Assembly (NCBI GenBank): GCA_030390025.1 | Contig: CM059432.1 | Coordinates: 101,992,001-102,056,000, forward strand | Length of the DNA stretch: 64,000 nt | Source: Squalus acanthias | Taxonomy: Eukaryota | Direction: 5' to 3' | Shown here: in pieces, positions 23,800 through 36,521 of the stretch | Numbering within the stretch: position 1 is the first letter of the stretch | How the letters are laid out: the number at the start of each line of letters is the position of its first letter | Notes under the pieces: model-generated | Database searches by the model: none | Seen by the model: the letters and a program-made list of their open reading frames with translations, nothing else | Told to the model about the DNA's origin: nothing | Made by a program: the position numbers and the translations under genes

Positions 23800-24658
23800 G
23801 GTGTCAGACTCAGTGGTAGCACTCTCACTTCTGAGTCTAAAGGTTGTGGGTTCAAGTCCGAGTGCAAAAATCTAGGCTGGCACTCCAGTGCTATACTGTC
23901 GGAGGAGCTGTCTTTCAGATAAGACATTAAACCGAGGCCCCATCTGCCCTCTCAGGTGGACATAAAAGATCCCATTGCACTATTTAAAAGAAGAGCATGG
24001 AAGTTCTCTGTGCCAGACTGACATATCAAGAAAGACTGGATCAACTGAACTTGTATCCTCTGGAGTTCAGAAGAATGAGGGGGGATCTTATAGAGACGTT
24101 TAAAATCCTGACTGGTTTAGACAAATTAGATGTGGGCAGAATGTTTCCAATGTTAGGGAAAACTAAAACCAGGGGTCACAGTCTAAGGATAAAGGGGAAG
24201 CCATTTAAGACTGAGATGAGGAGGAACTTCTTCACCCAGAGAGTGGTGAATCTGTGGAATTCTCTACCACAGAAGGTTGTTGAGGCCAGTTCGCTAAATA
24301 TATTCAAAAGGGAGTTAGATATAATACTCACAACTAGGGGGATCAAGGGGTATGGCGAGAAAGCAGGAATGGGGTACTGAGGTAGCATGTTCAGCCATGA
24401 ACGCATTAAATGGCGGTGCAGGCTCGAAGGACCGAATGGTCTACTCCTGCACCTATTTTCTATGTTTCTATGTTTCATCCATGTCCAATATTTATCCCTC
24501 AACCAACATAACTAAAAAAAAATGACCTGGTCATTTATCACATTGCTGTTTGTGGGACCTTGCTAAGGTACATTTCAAAAGTACTTAATTGGCTTCTTTG
24601 GGACGTCCTGAGGTCATGAAAGGTGCTATATAAATGCAAGTTCTTTCTTCTTTCTTTC
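23800..24658 (+). mobile_element. tRNA-derived Deu-domain SINE (SacSINE1-like), split by CR1 at 24016-24475
   Basis: tRNA head (CTCAGTGGTAGCA..GGGTTCAAGTCC), Deu core ACATTAAACCGAGGCCC..GTGGACATAAAAGATCCC, and an L2-like tail GTGCTATATAAATGCAAG(TTCT)n. Confidence 0.8.
24016..24475 (+). mobile_element. CR1 LINE 3' end
   Basis: TYQERL..RRMRGDLIETFKI..WNSLPQKVV, with a (TTTCTATG)n tail. Confidence 0.92.
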
Positions 24659-24764
24659 ACGATTCCCTCCTTCACTTCTTACCTGAGAATACGTTTCTTT
24701 AACTCCTTCACTTTTCTTCTCTGTGCCCAGTCTTCCTTCACTTTTTTGTTTCTCTCTGCTCAAA

Positions 24765-25150
24765 AAGTTAACAAAGGAAGCCATTTGCCCCATGTAACTC
24801 ATCCTTACATAGAAACTTATGGTACCCGCCCCCCCCCCCCCCCCCCATTACAGCATCCAACTGCATCTTTAATGATTCCAGAGTTTTCACCTTCTCTTTG
24901 TTACCCAGATCATTCCAATTATTAACTGTTCCTTGTTTGAATATGTGCATCCTGATATTAGTCTTCAACTTGCATTTTACTAGCTTGTGCCTGTGTCCCT
25001 TTGCCTCATGGCTTGAATTAAAATAGTGTTCAGAATTAAACCTCTTTTTCAACTTATTATCTTAGCTACCTTCATAAGCCCCCATCTCATTCAGCCCCTT
25101 TCAAGACAGAGAAGTCCAAGGTTTTATAATCTTGATTCTCAAATGAGTTC
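24765..25150 (-). mobile_element. Old CR1-type 3' fragment
   Basis: AKGHRHKLVK..RMHIFKQGTVNNWNDL on -. Confidence 0.65.
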
Positions 25151-25629
25151 TCCAATATTATTCCGTTCACTGTAATCAGTCATTTAACATTTGAGTCATA
25201 CTCACATTAGGCCAATTCTATAGTAAAATATTAGTAGTAATTTCTAATTAGTAACCTGAGATTTTAGACATCCATCCTTGATGTTTTCACATTGCTGCAG
25301 ATTGTCTTTTAATGAAAAGTGTCTGCAGAATAGCTGTAGAAGATTTTTGCTACGTATCTGCATGTGTTGAGTAATTCACAATGTGCAGTGTTCGACTCAC
25401 TGCTAAATCCAAGGTGCAAAGCTAATTCCAAATGTTGCCAACAAGTGTCTTTTCCTTTTGCTACCAATGGCACTTTATTAAAGGAACCTTACTTAAGAAG
25501 GATTTAGGTATCTCTGGCAGCCCTCATGATGGGTCATTTACACTACAAGTTTGCCTTTGACAAGGTTGCCCATTGCAGGCAAACTTGTAGCATGAAGGTT
25601 GGTATCAATGAAAGCCGAGGCAGGGCTGA

Positions 25630-27890
25630 CCGTTTTCATGACTTTCACTTTTATAGCACCTTAAATACAATAAAATATCTTCAAGTAGCTCAGATAGGTG
25701 AAAACACTGAACATTAACCATGGTGCGAGAAGGATTATGGATGGTTAATTAAGGTATGATCAAAGTGGTAGGTTTCGAGGAGGCTTTGGAAAGAGGGAGA
25801 GAGGTAGCAAGGTGGAAAGGATTAAGGGGAGCATTACAGAATCATAGAATCATAGAAATTTATGGTACAGAAGGAGGCCATTCGACCCATCGTGTCTGTG
25901 CCAGCCAAAAAAGAGCTATCCAGCCTAAGCCCACTTACCAGCTCTTCGTCCGTAGCCTTGTAGGTTACGGCACTTCAAGTGCATAACCAAGTACTTTTAA
26001 AATGCGATGAGCGTTTCTGCCTCTACCATCCTTTCAGGCAGTGAGTTCCAGACCCCACCACACTCTGGGTGAAAAAAGTTCTCCTCAACTCCCCTCTAAT
26101 CCATCTATTAATTACTTTAAATCTATGCCCCCTGGTTATTGAGCTCCCTGCTAAGGGAAATAGGTTCTTCCTATCCACTCTATCTAGGCCTCCCATAATT
26201 TTATACACCTCAATTAAGTCTCCCCTCAGCCTCTTCTGTTCCAAAGATAACAACCCCAGCCTATCCAATCTTTCATCTTAGCTAAAATTCTCCAGTCCTG
26301 GCAACATCGTCATAAATCTCCTCTGTACCCGCTCTGGTGCAATCACATGTTTCCTGTAATGTGGTGACCAGAACTGTACACAGTACTCTAGCTGTGGCCT
26401 AACTAGTGTGTATATAGTTCAAACATAACCTTCCTGCTCTATATTCTATGCCTTGACTAATAAAAGAAAGTATCCCGTATGCCTTCTTAATCACCTTATC
26501 TACCTTTCCTGCTACCTTCGGGGATCTGTGGAGATGCACTCCAAGGTCCCTCTGATCTCCCTCTGTTCCTCTACACTTCTCGTATCCTACCATTTATTGT
26601 GTATTCCCTTGCCTTGTTAGCCCTCCCCAAATGGAATACCTCACACTTCTCTGGATTGAATTCCATTTGCCAATTTTCTGCCCACTTGACCAGTCCATTT
26701 ATATCTTCCTGCAGTCTACAGCTTTCTTCCTCACTATCAACTACACGGCCAATTTTTGTATCATCTGCAAACTTCTTAATCATGCCCCCTGCATTGAAGT
26801 CTAAATCATTGATGTACATTACAAAAAGCCCTGCAGAACCCCACTGGAAACAGTCTACCAGTCACAAAAACACCCGTCGACCATTACCCTTTGCTTCCTG
26901 CCATTGAGCCAATTTGGGATCCAACTTGCCAATTTCTCTTGGATCGCATGGGCTTTTACTTTCCTGACCAGTCTGCTATGTGGGACCTTGTCAAAAGCCA
27001 TGCTAAAATCCACGTAGACTACATCAAATGCACTACCCTCATTGACCCTCCTTGTTACCTCCTCAAAAAATGTGGAACCAAATACAGCTGGAATCTCTGC
27101 AGCAGAGGAAAAGACATGCAAAAAAGGCCCAAGTTGTAACAGCATAGGCTACAGACTGGAACCAAGGGCCAAAGCACATCATAGATGTAGGAAGAGGCAA
27201 GACAGAAAGAGACTTGCAGACGAGAACAAGATTTTGGAAGTCAATATGTCAGGGGATAGGAAGCTAATGAAATTTGACTGGGACAGGGTAATCGGGAGAG
27301 GGGAATTAGTGCGGGACAGAACGTAAGTGATTGAGTTTTGGATGAGTTGCAGAATATGACAGTCCAGCAAGGACAGCACAGTAGTCTAGTCTGAAGTTGA
27401 CAAGGCATGAATAAACATTTTCTGTGGTAGTGGGGTGAGTTAGGAGCATTGGCGCATGATGTTGCACTCCTGGAAATAAATGGTCTTAGTGATGTCTAGG
27501 ATATGGGGTTAGAAGCCCAGCCCAGGGCCACACAAGAGCAACAAAGTTATGCAACATCAGGCTCAGTTTGGATAAGCAGCCAGGGATAGGAATAGAATTC
27601 AGGGTGAAGGTTTTACGCTTTTGGTAGGAGTAAAACAGGATGGCTTGATCTTGCTGATAATGTGTTCAAGGAAGCTATAGCTCACATAGGACTTGGTGTC
27701 AGTTAGGCACTCAAATAGCATAGTTGTGGTCGATGAGTCAAATGATGGCACATCAGTAGAGTTGATTGTCAGCAGTATACATGTGAAAACTGGCTGAATA
27801 CCTACAAATGGCATCAGTAAGGGGAAACACAAAGATGAGATAAAGAAGCAGCCATGGATAGAGTCTTAAGGCACAACTGAGGTATTCCTC
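25630..27890 (-). mobile_element. Degraded L2 fragments (25630-25835 and 27075-27890) flanking a CR1 insertion
   Basis: Colinear with L2 at 21632-22580 (TTTATAGCACCTT, GTAGGTTT..GAGAGAGG, AGTCTGAAGTTGACAAGGCATGAAT). Confidence 0.6.
25838..27070 (-). mobile_element. CR1 LINE RT plus 3' end
   Basis: VDFSMAFDKVPH, YINDL..KFADDTKIG, RLRGDLIEVYKI. (ATTCTATG) tail. Confidence 0.92.
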
Positions 27891-28611
27891 TCTTCTGTTT
27901 GTCTAGCAGAAATCATTTTCATTAATTAACTTCTAAAATTGTCTGGTTCATGTATTTGTTTAACAAATTGTACATCTCATTCATGTGGTATTTTTAAGAG
28001 TATACATTAGGTTTGATGGCATGGTGGAATAATACTTGGATGACATTATATGCTGAGAGGTCGAGACTGTTGAGTTTGGTCCTGGGGGTTGAGGATATCT
28101 AGAAGCCTCTCCTATTACCTTGGAGTTGTGCTGGGTTGCAACAATACCTTTTGTAGGATGCCATGTGCGGTAGATTTTCTTGCTCCATCTGGTTGTGAGC
28201 CTTCAATGCAAGTGGTTCTTTTCTGCTGGGCTGTGTTCATCGGGCATCAGGTCATCCAGCTCTATCAACAATTAACTTATGCTTGGATAGCCACATTTGT
28301 GTTTCATTGGATCTATTCATTTATTTCCTTCAAATCTTCTTTGGAAAACTTAAGGTGATAATAGTAAAAGAGCTGATCCCAATAATTTCAAACATTTACA
28401 TTTCTTGTTTTTATTAAACATTGCACTATTAATGTTTGTATTCTATTTTTGTCATTTTTTTTAACATAAAAACTGGATGCCAAGGTAGATTCTGAGAATT
28501 GTAGATATTTCAACATGGGAAGAGGCCATTCAGTGTCTGTGCTGGTACAAGCTCCACATCAGGGTGATCTACTCTACTCACACTTACCTGCTATTTCCTT
28601 TTGTTCTTTAA

Positions 28612-29937
28612 CAGAGGAGGTAGTTGAGATACTGGATGCGATAAAAATTGATAAAGAGGAGGTACTAGAAAGGCTGGCTGTACTTAAAGTAGATAAGTCA
28701 CCAGGACTGGATGGGATGCATCTTAGAATGCTGAGGGAAGTAAAGGTGGTAATTGTGGAGGCACTGGCCATAATCTTCCAATCGTCCTTGGATATGGGGC
28801 TGGTGCCAGAGGACTAGAGAATTGCAAATATTACACCCTTGTTCAAAAATTGGCAATGCGGTTGATGTGGTGTACATGGACTTCCAAAAAGCGTTTGATA
28901 AAATGCCACATAATAGGCTTGCCAGCAAAGTTGAAGCCCATGGAATAAAAGGGACAGTGGCAGCATGGATACGGAATTGGCTAAGTGACACAAACAGAGA
29001 GTAGTGGTGAATGGTTGTTTTTCAGACTGGAAGAAGATATATATATAGTGGTGTTCCCCAGGGGTCGGTTCTAGGACCACTGCTTTTCTTGATATATATT
29101 AATGATTTGGACGTGGGTGTACAGGGCATAATTTCAAAATTTGCAGATGACACTAAACTTGGAAGTATAGTGAACAGTGAGGAGGAGAGTGATAGACTTC
29201 AGGAAGACATAGACAGGCTGGTGAAATGGGCGGACACGTGGCAGATGAAATTTAACGCAGAAAAGTGTGAAATGATACATTTTGGTAGGAAGAACGAGGA
29301 GAGGCAATATATGGGATCCTGGGATTCATAAATAGAGGCATAGAGTACAAAAGCAAGAAATTATAAGACACTGGTTCGGCCTCAACTGGAGTATTGCGTC
29401 CAATTCTGGGCACCGCACTTTAAGAAGGATGTGAAGGCCTTAGAGAGGGTGCAGAAAAGATTTACAAAAATGGTTCCAGGGATGAGGGACTTCAGTTACG
29501 TGAATAGACTGGAGAAGCTGAGGTTGTTCTCCTTAGAGCAGAGAAGGTTGAGAGGAGATTTAATAGAGGTGTTCAAAATCATGAGGGGTCTAGACAGAGT
29601 AGATAGAGAGAAACTATTCCCATTGGTGGAAGTGTCGAGAACCAGAGGACACAAATTTAAGGTGATTGGCAGAAGAACCAAAGGCGACATGAGGAAAAAC
29701 TTTTTTTGCAGCGAGTGGTTAGGATCTGGAATGCACTGCCTGATATGGTGGCGGAGGAAGATTGAATCGTAGCTTTCAAAAGGGAATTGGATAAGTACCT
29801 GAAGGAAAAATCTTTGCAGGGGCTACGTGGAAAGGGCAGGGGAGTGGGACTAGCTGAAGTGCTCTTGCAGAGAGCCGACACAGGCTCGATGAGCCGAATG
29901 GCCTTCTTCCGTGCTGTAACCATTCTATGATTCTATG
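28612..29937 (+). mobile_element. CR1 LINE with internal deletions
   Basis: KSPGLDGMH, DFQKAFDK, GVPQGSVLGP..KFADD. (ATTCTATG)2 tail. Deletions near 28849 and 29310. Confidence 0.93.
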
Positions 29938-30599
29938 AATATTTCTCCGATTCAAGTGATTGACTCAGTTTCCATAATTGTTTATGATAATGCATTCCAT
30001 ATTCTTATATATTTCTGTCTGAAAAATACCTTCCAAACTCCCACTTTATGCTTCTAGTATTAATTCTAAGTTTATACTGCCTTGTCGTTGATACATCAAC
30101 AATAGAAATAATTTGTCACTAAAATAGCTCCTCAGAGCTAAGTAGGCCATTTTATAGAAATGTCTTTAATATGTAAAATGAGAAAAATGTCTTCCATATT
30201 CTAGCAAATTTTTACTATGGCGTGCTATTAATTGCAAATGAAATATTATAATATTAAAATAATAGCAGTAGATTTTTTTTAAAACTGGTTATTGTCAGTA
30301 TTTAAATATATTTGGGTTAATTGTAACCCTGAGTTCTTATACAGCAGGTAAATACAATAGAGCTATAAATATGCTCTTTGCTCCTATAGATAAACACTGA
30401 AAATTGTTTTTGTAAAGCCTAGTGCAGTCTTATGCAGCTAGAAAAGAAGAAGGCAGGCATACTAGGAAGTCTGGAGGCTCAAATCACACTGGACCTGAAC
30501 CGGCAGTTGCACAATTAGGTCACTTTCTAATTTTAGTTGTACAGTCTAGACCTCATTCTTACTTTGCAGACTTATGAATCAAAGCCATCTTACATGCAT

Positions 30600-31465
30600 G
30601 AGGGCAAGGAATTAAAAGCAAACTCTCAAGATTTCAAATCCCACCATGAAAAGTTGTGAAACTCAATTCCATAAATCTGATCATTTGTGGGCTAGCACCA
30701 GAAAACTTGTTGTAAAAACTTAACTCGTTCACGAGTGTTCTTCAGGGAAGAAAACCTGCTATAACCTGTGGCAACAAGAGCAGGTCAGAGGCTAGGTATT
30801 CGTCGGTGAGTGTCTCAATTCCTGACTCCCCAAAGCCTTTCCACCATCTACAAGGCACAAGTCAGGAGTGTGATGGAATACTCTCCACTTGCCTGGATGA
30901 GTGCAGCTCCAACAACACTCAAGAAGCTCGACACCATCCAGGACAAAGCAGCCCACTTGATTGGCATCCCATCCACCACCTTAAACATTCACTCCCTCCA
31001 CCACCGGCGGACTGTGGCTGCAGTGTGTACCATCTACAAGATGCACTGCAGCAACTCGCCAAGGCTTCTTCGGCAGCACCTCCCAACCCCGCGACCTCTT
31101 CCACCTAGAAGGACAAGGGCAGCAGGCGCATGGGAACACCACCACCTACAGGTTCCCCTCCAAGTCACACACCATCCTGACTTAGAAGCATATCGCCGAT
31201 CCTTCATCGTCGCTGGGTCAAAGTCCTGGAACTCCCTACCTAACAACACTGTGGGAGTACCTTCACCACACGGACTGTAGCGGTTCAAGAAGGCAGCTCA
31301 CCACCACCTTCTCAAGGGCAATTAGGGATGGGTAATAAATGCTGGCCTTGCCAGCGACGCCCAGATCCTATAAGCGAGTAAAAAACAAACTAATTGGTCT
31401 GGCCTACATAAGACTCCAGTTCTACAATAGGTCGTTGGCTCTTACTGTCCTCCTAAATGGGCTGA
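30600..31465 (+). mobile_element. Degraded tRNA-type SINE, split by a LINE 3' end
   Basis: TTCAAATCCC B-box-like motif. The distal part GGTCTGGCCTA..GACTCCAG matches the minus-strand fragments at 6105-6180 and 48440-48510. Confidence 0.5.
30770..31388 (+). mobile_element. CR1/Jockey-group LINE 3' end
   Basis: LSTIYKAQVRSVMEYSPLAW..SKSWNSLP. Same 3' UTR as 17000-17597. Confidence 0.88.
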
Positions 31466-31478
31466 AAGTTTACCAGTT

Positions 31479-32411
31479 ACATAGAAACATAGAAGATAGG
31501 AGCAGGAGTAGGCCATTCGGCCCCTCGAGCCTGTTCCACCATTTAATGAGATCATGGCTGATCATCCAAATTCAGTACCCTGTCCCTGCTTTCTCCCCAT
31601 ATCCCTTGATCCCTTTAGCCTTAAGAAATATATCTAACTCCTTCTTGAATATCTTTAATGAATTGGCCTCAACTGCCTTCTGTGGGAGAGAATTCCATAG
31701 GTTCACCACTCTCTGGGTGAAGAAATTCCTCCTCATCTCAGTCCTAAATGGCTTACTCCTTATCCTTAGACTGTGACCCCTGGTTCTGGACTCCCCGCCA
31801 TCGGGAACATCCTTCCTGCATCTAGTCTGTCTAGTCCTGTTAGAATTTTATAAGTTTCAATGAGATCCCCTCTCATTCTTCTAAACTCTAGCAAATATAA
31901 GCCCAATCGACCCAATCTCTCTTCATACGTCATTCCTGCCATCCCAGGTATCAGTCAGGTAAATCTTCGCTGCACTCCCTCCATGACAAGAACATCCTTC
32001 CTCAGATAAGGTGACCAAAACTGCACACAATACTCAAGGTGTGGTCTCACCAAGGCCCTGTACAACTGCAGCAAGACATCCTTGCTCCTGTACTCGAATC
32101 CTCTCGCTATGAAGGCCAACATACCATTTGCCTTCTTAACCGCCTGCTGCACCTGCATGCTTACCTTCAGCAACTGGTGCACAAGGACACCCAGGTCTCA
32201 TTGCACTTCCCCTTTTCCCAATCTATTGCTGTTCAGATAATAATCTGTCTTCCTGTTTTTGCCACCAAAGTGGATAACCTCGCATTTATCCACATTATAC
32301 TGCATCTGCCATGCATCTGCCCAATCACCCAACCTGTCCAAATCATACTGGAGTTTCTCTGCATCCTTTTCACAGCACACACGCCCACCCAGCTTTGTGT
32401 CGTCTGCAAAA
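31479..32411 (-). mobile_element. CR1 LINE 3' portion
   Basis: FADDTKLGG, RPHLEYCVQFWSP. (TTTCTATG) tail. Confidence 0.92.
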
Positions 32412-32812
32412 TAACTGCAAAATAATAGTTGTAAAATAACTGCTACAAAACAGAATAACATAAATATTGGACGGTCAGTAACCCAGGCATCAGATCAGGA
32501 CAAGATTTAAGAAATCCCAACCCTGTCAACCCTGCAAAGTCCCTTTCATCAACATCTGGGGACTGGTGTCCAATTTGGGAGAGCTATCCCACAGACTAGT
32601 CAAGCAACAGTCTGACATAGTTGTACTCACAGAGTGATAACTTTCTGTCTATAATCCAGACTCATCCATCACCATCCCTGCCTATTTCCTGTACTACCAG
32701 CAGGATAGACCCACCAAAGGTGGAGCACAGTGGTAAACAGTTAGGTTGGCATGGCATTGGTGAGTCCTCATCATTGTGCATTCCATAGGTCTCATGTCTT
32801 TGGTAAATAAAG

Positions 32813-33039
32813 GTCATGATGTGGAGATGCCGGCGTTGGACTGGGGTGGACAAAAATGAGAAGTCGCACAACACCAGGTTATAGTCCAACAGATTTATTT
32901 AATTTTACAAGCTTTCGGAGCTGTCGCTCCTTCGTCAGGTAAGTTAGCTAGCTGACGAAGGAGCGACAGCTCCGAAAGCTTGTAAAATTAAATAAATCTG
33001 TTGGACTATAACCTGGTGTTGTGCGACTTCTCATTTTTG
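32813..33039. mobile_element. Fold-back mini-PLE (family A), non-coding, with two opposed hammerhead motifs
   Basis: 88-bp inverted arms at 32851-32938 / 32952-33039 with a 13-nt spacer, plus the ~40-nt tail. TSD core GTAAATAA at 32803-32810 and 33040-33047. Confidence 0.88.
32905..32942 (-). ncRNA. Minimal hammerhead ribozyme motif
   Basis: Minus strand reads TTAC-CTGACGA-A-GGAGC-GACA-GCTCC-GAAA-GC-TT-GTAA. Confidence 0.78.
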
Positions 33040-33199
33040 GTAAATAAGGCTATGGATACCTGCTGCTGATTAGCACCTACTTCTTCCCCACTCAATTAAC
33101 AAATCAATACTTCTCCTTGTGGGCCACTACTTGGAGGAAGCACTAAGGGAACAGCAAGAAACAATGCTACCACCTCCTCGGGTTTCAATGACACCAACT

Positions 33200-33342
33200 A
33201 CATAGAAACATAGAAAATAGGTACAGGAGTAGACCATTCGGTCCTTCGAGCCTGCACCGCCATTCAATGCGTTCATGGCTGAACATGCTACCTCAGTACC
33301 CCATTCCTGCTTTCTCGCCATACCCCTTGATCCCCTTAGTTG
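33200..33342 (-). mobile_element. CR1 extreme 3' end
   Basis: Near-identical to the reverse complement of 24330-24475. Confidence 0.88.
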
Positions 33343-34209
33343 TGATCAAGTCCCCCACCATCAACCTCGGAAGGAGAGTCACTATTGACCAGAAATTGAA
33401 CTGGACCATTCACATCAACCCTATGGCTACAAGAACAGAGCAGAGGCTCACCTTCTGACTCCTTAATGAGTGTGATGAAATTCTCACCACTCATCTGGAC
33501 AGGTGCAGTTGCAACAACACTCATAAAACTCGACATCATCGAGGATAGAGCAGTTTGCTTGATCAGTGCCCCCCCCCCACCCCACCATGTGTATACTGCA
33601 GGCACCCCAGGTGTGAAAAACTGAAATAGAAGTCCTGAAATCAGGAATGTTATAGGCACTTAAAAAGCTATCGCACCCCTCTCCTGTCAGCAGAATGACC
33701 ATATTGTTTCATAAGCTCCTGCAAGGTTCATACTTCACTGAGATGCAGAGAATTAGTATGGTCACTCTTCACACTAATAAAGCACTGATGAGAGATTTGG
33801 CATCTTTCCCAATCAGTTCCCTATAGCAAGACAGACTTTCTATGGAGAGGTTTCTTTTGCCTGGTCAGCATCTGAAGGCTCTAAATGAATGTCATGATGC
33901 TGTGAATCTCATACATTTTTCTTGCCTTTCAAGGTATTAAATCCAATTTAAGGTTAAATGTATTCCTTGCCTCTGCCTGTACAGCAGATTGACATAATTG
34001 GCCTGCTATATTTGTTGCCACTCTTTTTATTCCAAATAAATTTCATAAAATTAGTCTTTCACAATTATTGATAGCGAGAACAAGTTTATTTCCATTGCTA
34101 ACAAATAAATTGAAGAGATGGATTGTCTCAAGAAGTTAACTTGCTGGAAAATAAATATTTCACTGTGATTGCTATCTACAGCAATTATATTGCTACTATT
34201 TTGTATTAC

Positions 34210-34322
34210 ACTGTATTACAACAGTGACTCCACTTCAAAAGTACTTCATTGGTTGTAAAGCACTTTGAGACGTCCGGTGGTCATGAAATGCGCTATGTAA
34301 ATGCAAGTCTTTCTTTCTTTCT
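34210..34322 (+). mobile_element. Deu-SINE/L2-type 3' tail
   Basis: CTTCAAAAGTACTTCATTGG..GCGCTATGTAAATGCAAG(TCTT)n, matching 24570-24658. Confidence 0.75.
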
Positions 34323-36521
34323 ATTTCACATAAAGTCATTGTGCAATCATGATAGATACAACCAAACTACTCTTTGACTGATAGTAACTGAGCTGGAACT
34401 TCTTATTAAAGATTGCATGAAACATTGATCCGGGATTGCTCATGGGCATTAAAACAGCATTTGGTTAATTGCTAGTTTTTTATTAAAACATAACTCACCT
34501 TTTGCATAATTGTATTTTTCTTTTGTTTAGTGCTGCAGGCAAGGCGTAGTCATAGAATATTCAAGAAACAAGTTTGCTGCAATATTTTAAATTACAATGA
34601 TTACAACAAGAAGTGGACTTTCTTTGTTCCTGCAGACTGGCAAAAGGCCAATGTGTCACTCACCAACCATCTGTACCTGTTACAGACCATTTCAGTTCAC
34701 ACTCAAACTTTTGCATATTTCAGCAGCAATTTTTGTTTCAAAAAAACTCCTGTAAAGACTTACTTATTACACCTTAAATTTTTGTACTAGTTAGGTTTAT
34801 AATTGCATTAAAAAAAAAAGTGTAGTGCCATGCTTTACAAGCACACTAAGCAAATTTCACATTTCTTATCAAGCTGGTATGAAAATGAACTAAGGTTACA
34901 TATAGCGCCACCACATGTCCTGGCCAGAATGGAGCTGATTGGGTAGTTCCCCCGTCACTCACGCCTGGAGCCAGCACTGCTGTAAGTGACTAGGATTGAT
35001 TTTACATGCATAATTTGTATTATAGTACTATCCTCCACTCACTGCATTTTGCTGGAGAAATAGTTCTACCTTTATCGGGAGACATGAGTTCTGTTTGCTG
35101 TAGTTTGTAGAGACTCTGCTGAAATGGAATATGTTTGCTGAGTGAATAGACTCTGTTTGCTGTGAGTCCTGCCATAAGTCCTGCCCCACCTCCAACTCAT
35201 TGGCTATCACAGTGGTGTCAATATACACTCCATTTAATTAAGTTTAAAGTTTGATTTTAAACTTATATTCTATGCACTTTGTCATTAGAAGTTCTAACAT
35301 TATTCAGTTATTTCACTTCTATAAAGAGTGGAATGGAAAATCATCCTCAATAAAACAAATGATCTTACCACAATATGTGTCATTGTAATCTATTAAACCA
35401 AATGCAAAGGAGGGCACATTCCTGTTAGTAGAATCCATTACAGTACTGATTAACTAACACAGTTTATGTGCCTCTCAGATGTATAGAAAGATGCATCAAT
35501 TGCGCTTGATGCCACACTAATATGGTATGAGATTTAATAGAAAAGATTTAGATGAATTCAAATTCATACGTGGCCCAGCCAAAATTCAAAACAATTTAAA
35601 GTCCAGGATAAGCAACATGCAATTTGCTGGGACTCAGAGATGGGCATTCACATGGGTGCAAAATTCCTCTTTTACAGACAATTGAAAATGGGAGTTGGAT
35701 TTGACTCTTCATGGCAGAGTACTAGCGGGTTAGAACTTCTGGTCGTCCTCCGCCACCATTTGCGTGCGGCGGACAGTGCATGCAACTTGGGGCAGTGAGG
35801 CGGTAGTAGCCCTCACGGCCAGATTTTGCCACATTCTCTGTCATTAGTCCATCCCATTTTGAACTAGAAAATTTCATTCACTTTACTTCCAATTTCCACC
35901 CTTCCCTCACCTTCACGTGGTCCATCTCCGACTCTTCCCTTCCCTTCTCGACTTCTCTGTCTCCATTTCTGGGGATAGGCTATCGACAAACATCCACTAT
36001 AAGCCCACTGACTCCCACAGCTACCTGGGCTACACTTCCTCCCACCCGGCTTCCTGTAAGGACTCTATTCCATTCTCCCGGTTGCTCCATCTCCGTCGCA
36101 TCTGCTCTGACGATGCCACCTTCCATATTAGTGCTTCCGATATGTCTTCCTTTTTCCTCAACCGAGGATTCCCCTCTACCGTGGTTGACATGGCCCGCGA
36201 CCGTGTCAGTTCCATTTCCCGCACTTCTGCTCTCAACCCTTCCCCTCCCTCCCTGGATCACAATCGGGTTCCCCTTGCCCTCACCTTTCACCCTACCAGC
36301 CTCCACATTCAACAGATCATCCTCTGCCATTTCCACCACCTCCAGCATGATCCCACCACCAAACACCTCTTTCACTCCCCTCCCCTTTCAGTATTCCAAA
36401 GGGACCACTTCCTCCGCGGCACCCTGGTCCACTCCTCAATCACCCCCAACACCCACTCCCCTGCCCATATCACCTTCCCGTGCAAGTGCAGGAGATGCAA
36501 CACCTGCCCTTTTACCTCCTC

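Larger units (their letters stand above)
32470..33170 (+). mobile_element. Degraded LINE endonuclease-region fragment
   Basis: GGGAGAGCTATCCCACAGACTAGTCAAGCAACAG (ELSHRLVKQQ, as at 5720-5760) and CAGGATAGACCCACCAAAGGTGG. Confidence 0.55.

Noticed and set aside
23800..23865. tRNA gene (also 48790-48840)
   Set aside because: SINE heads continuing into the Deu domain, with no acceptor stem.
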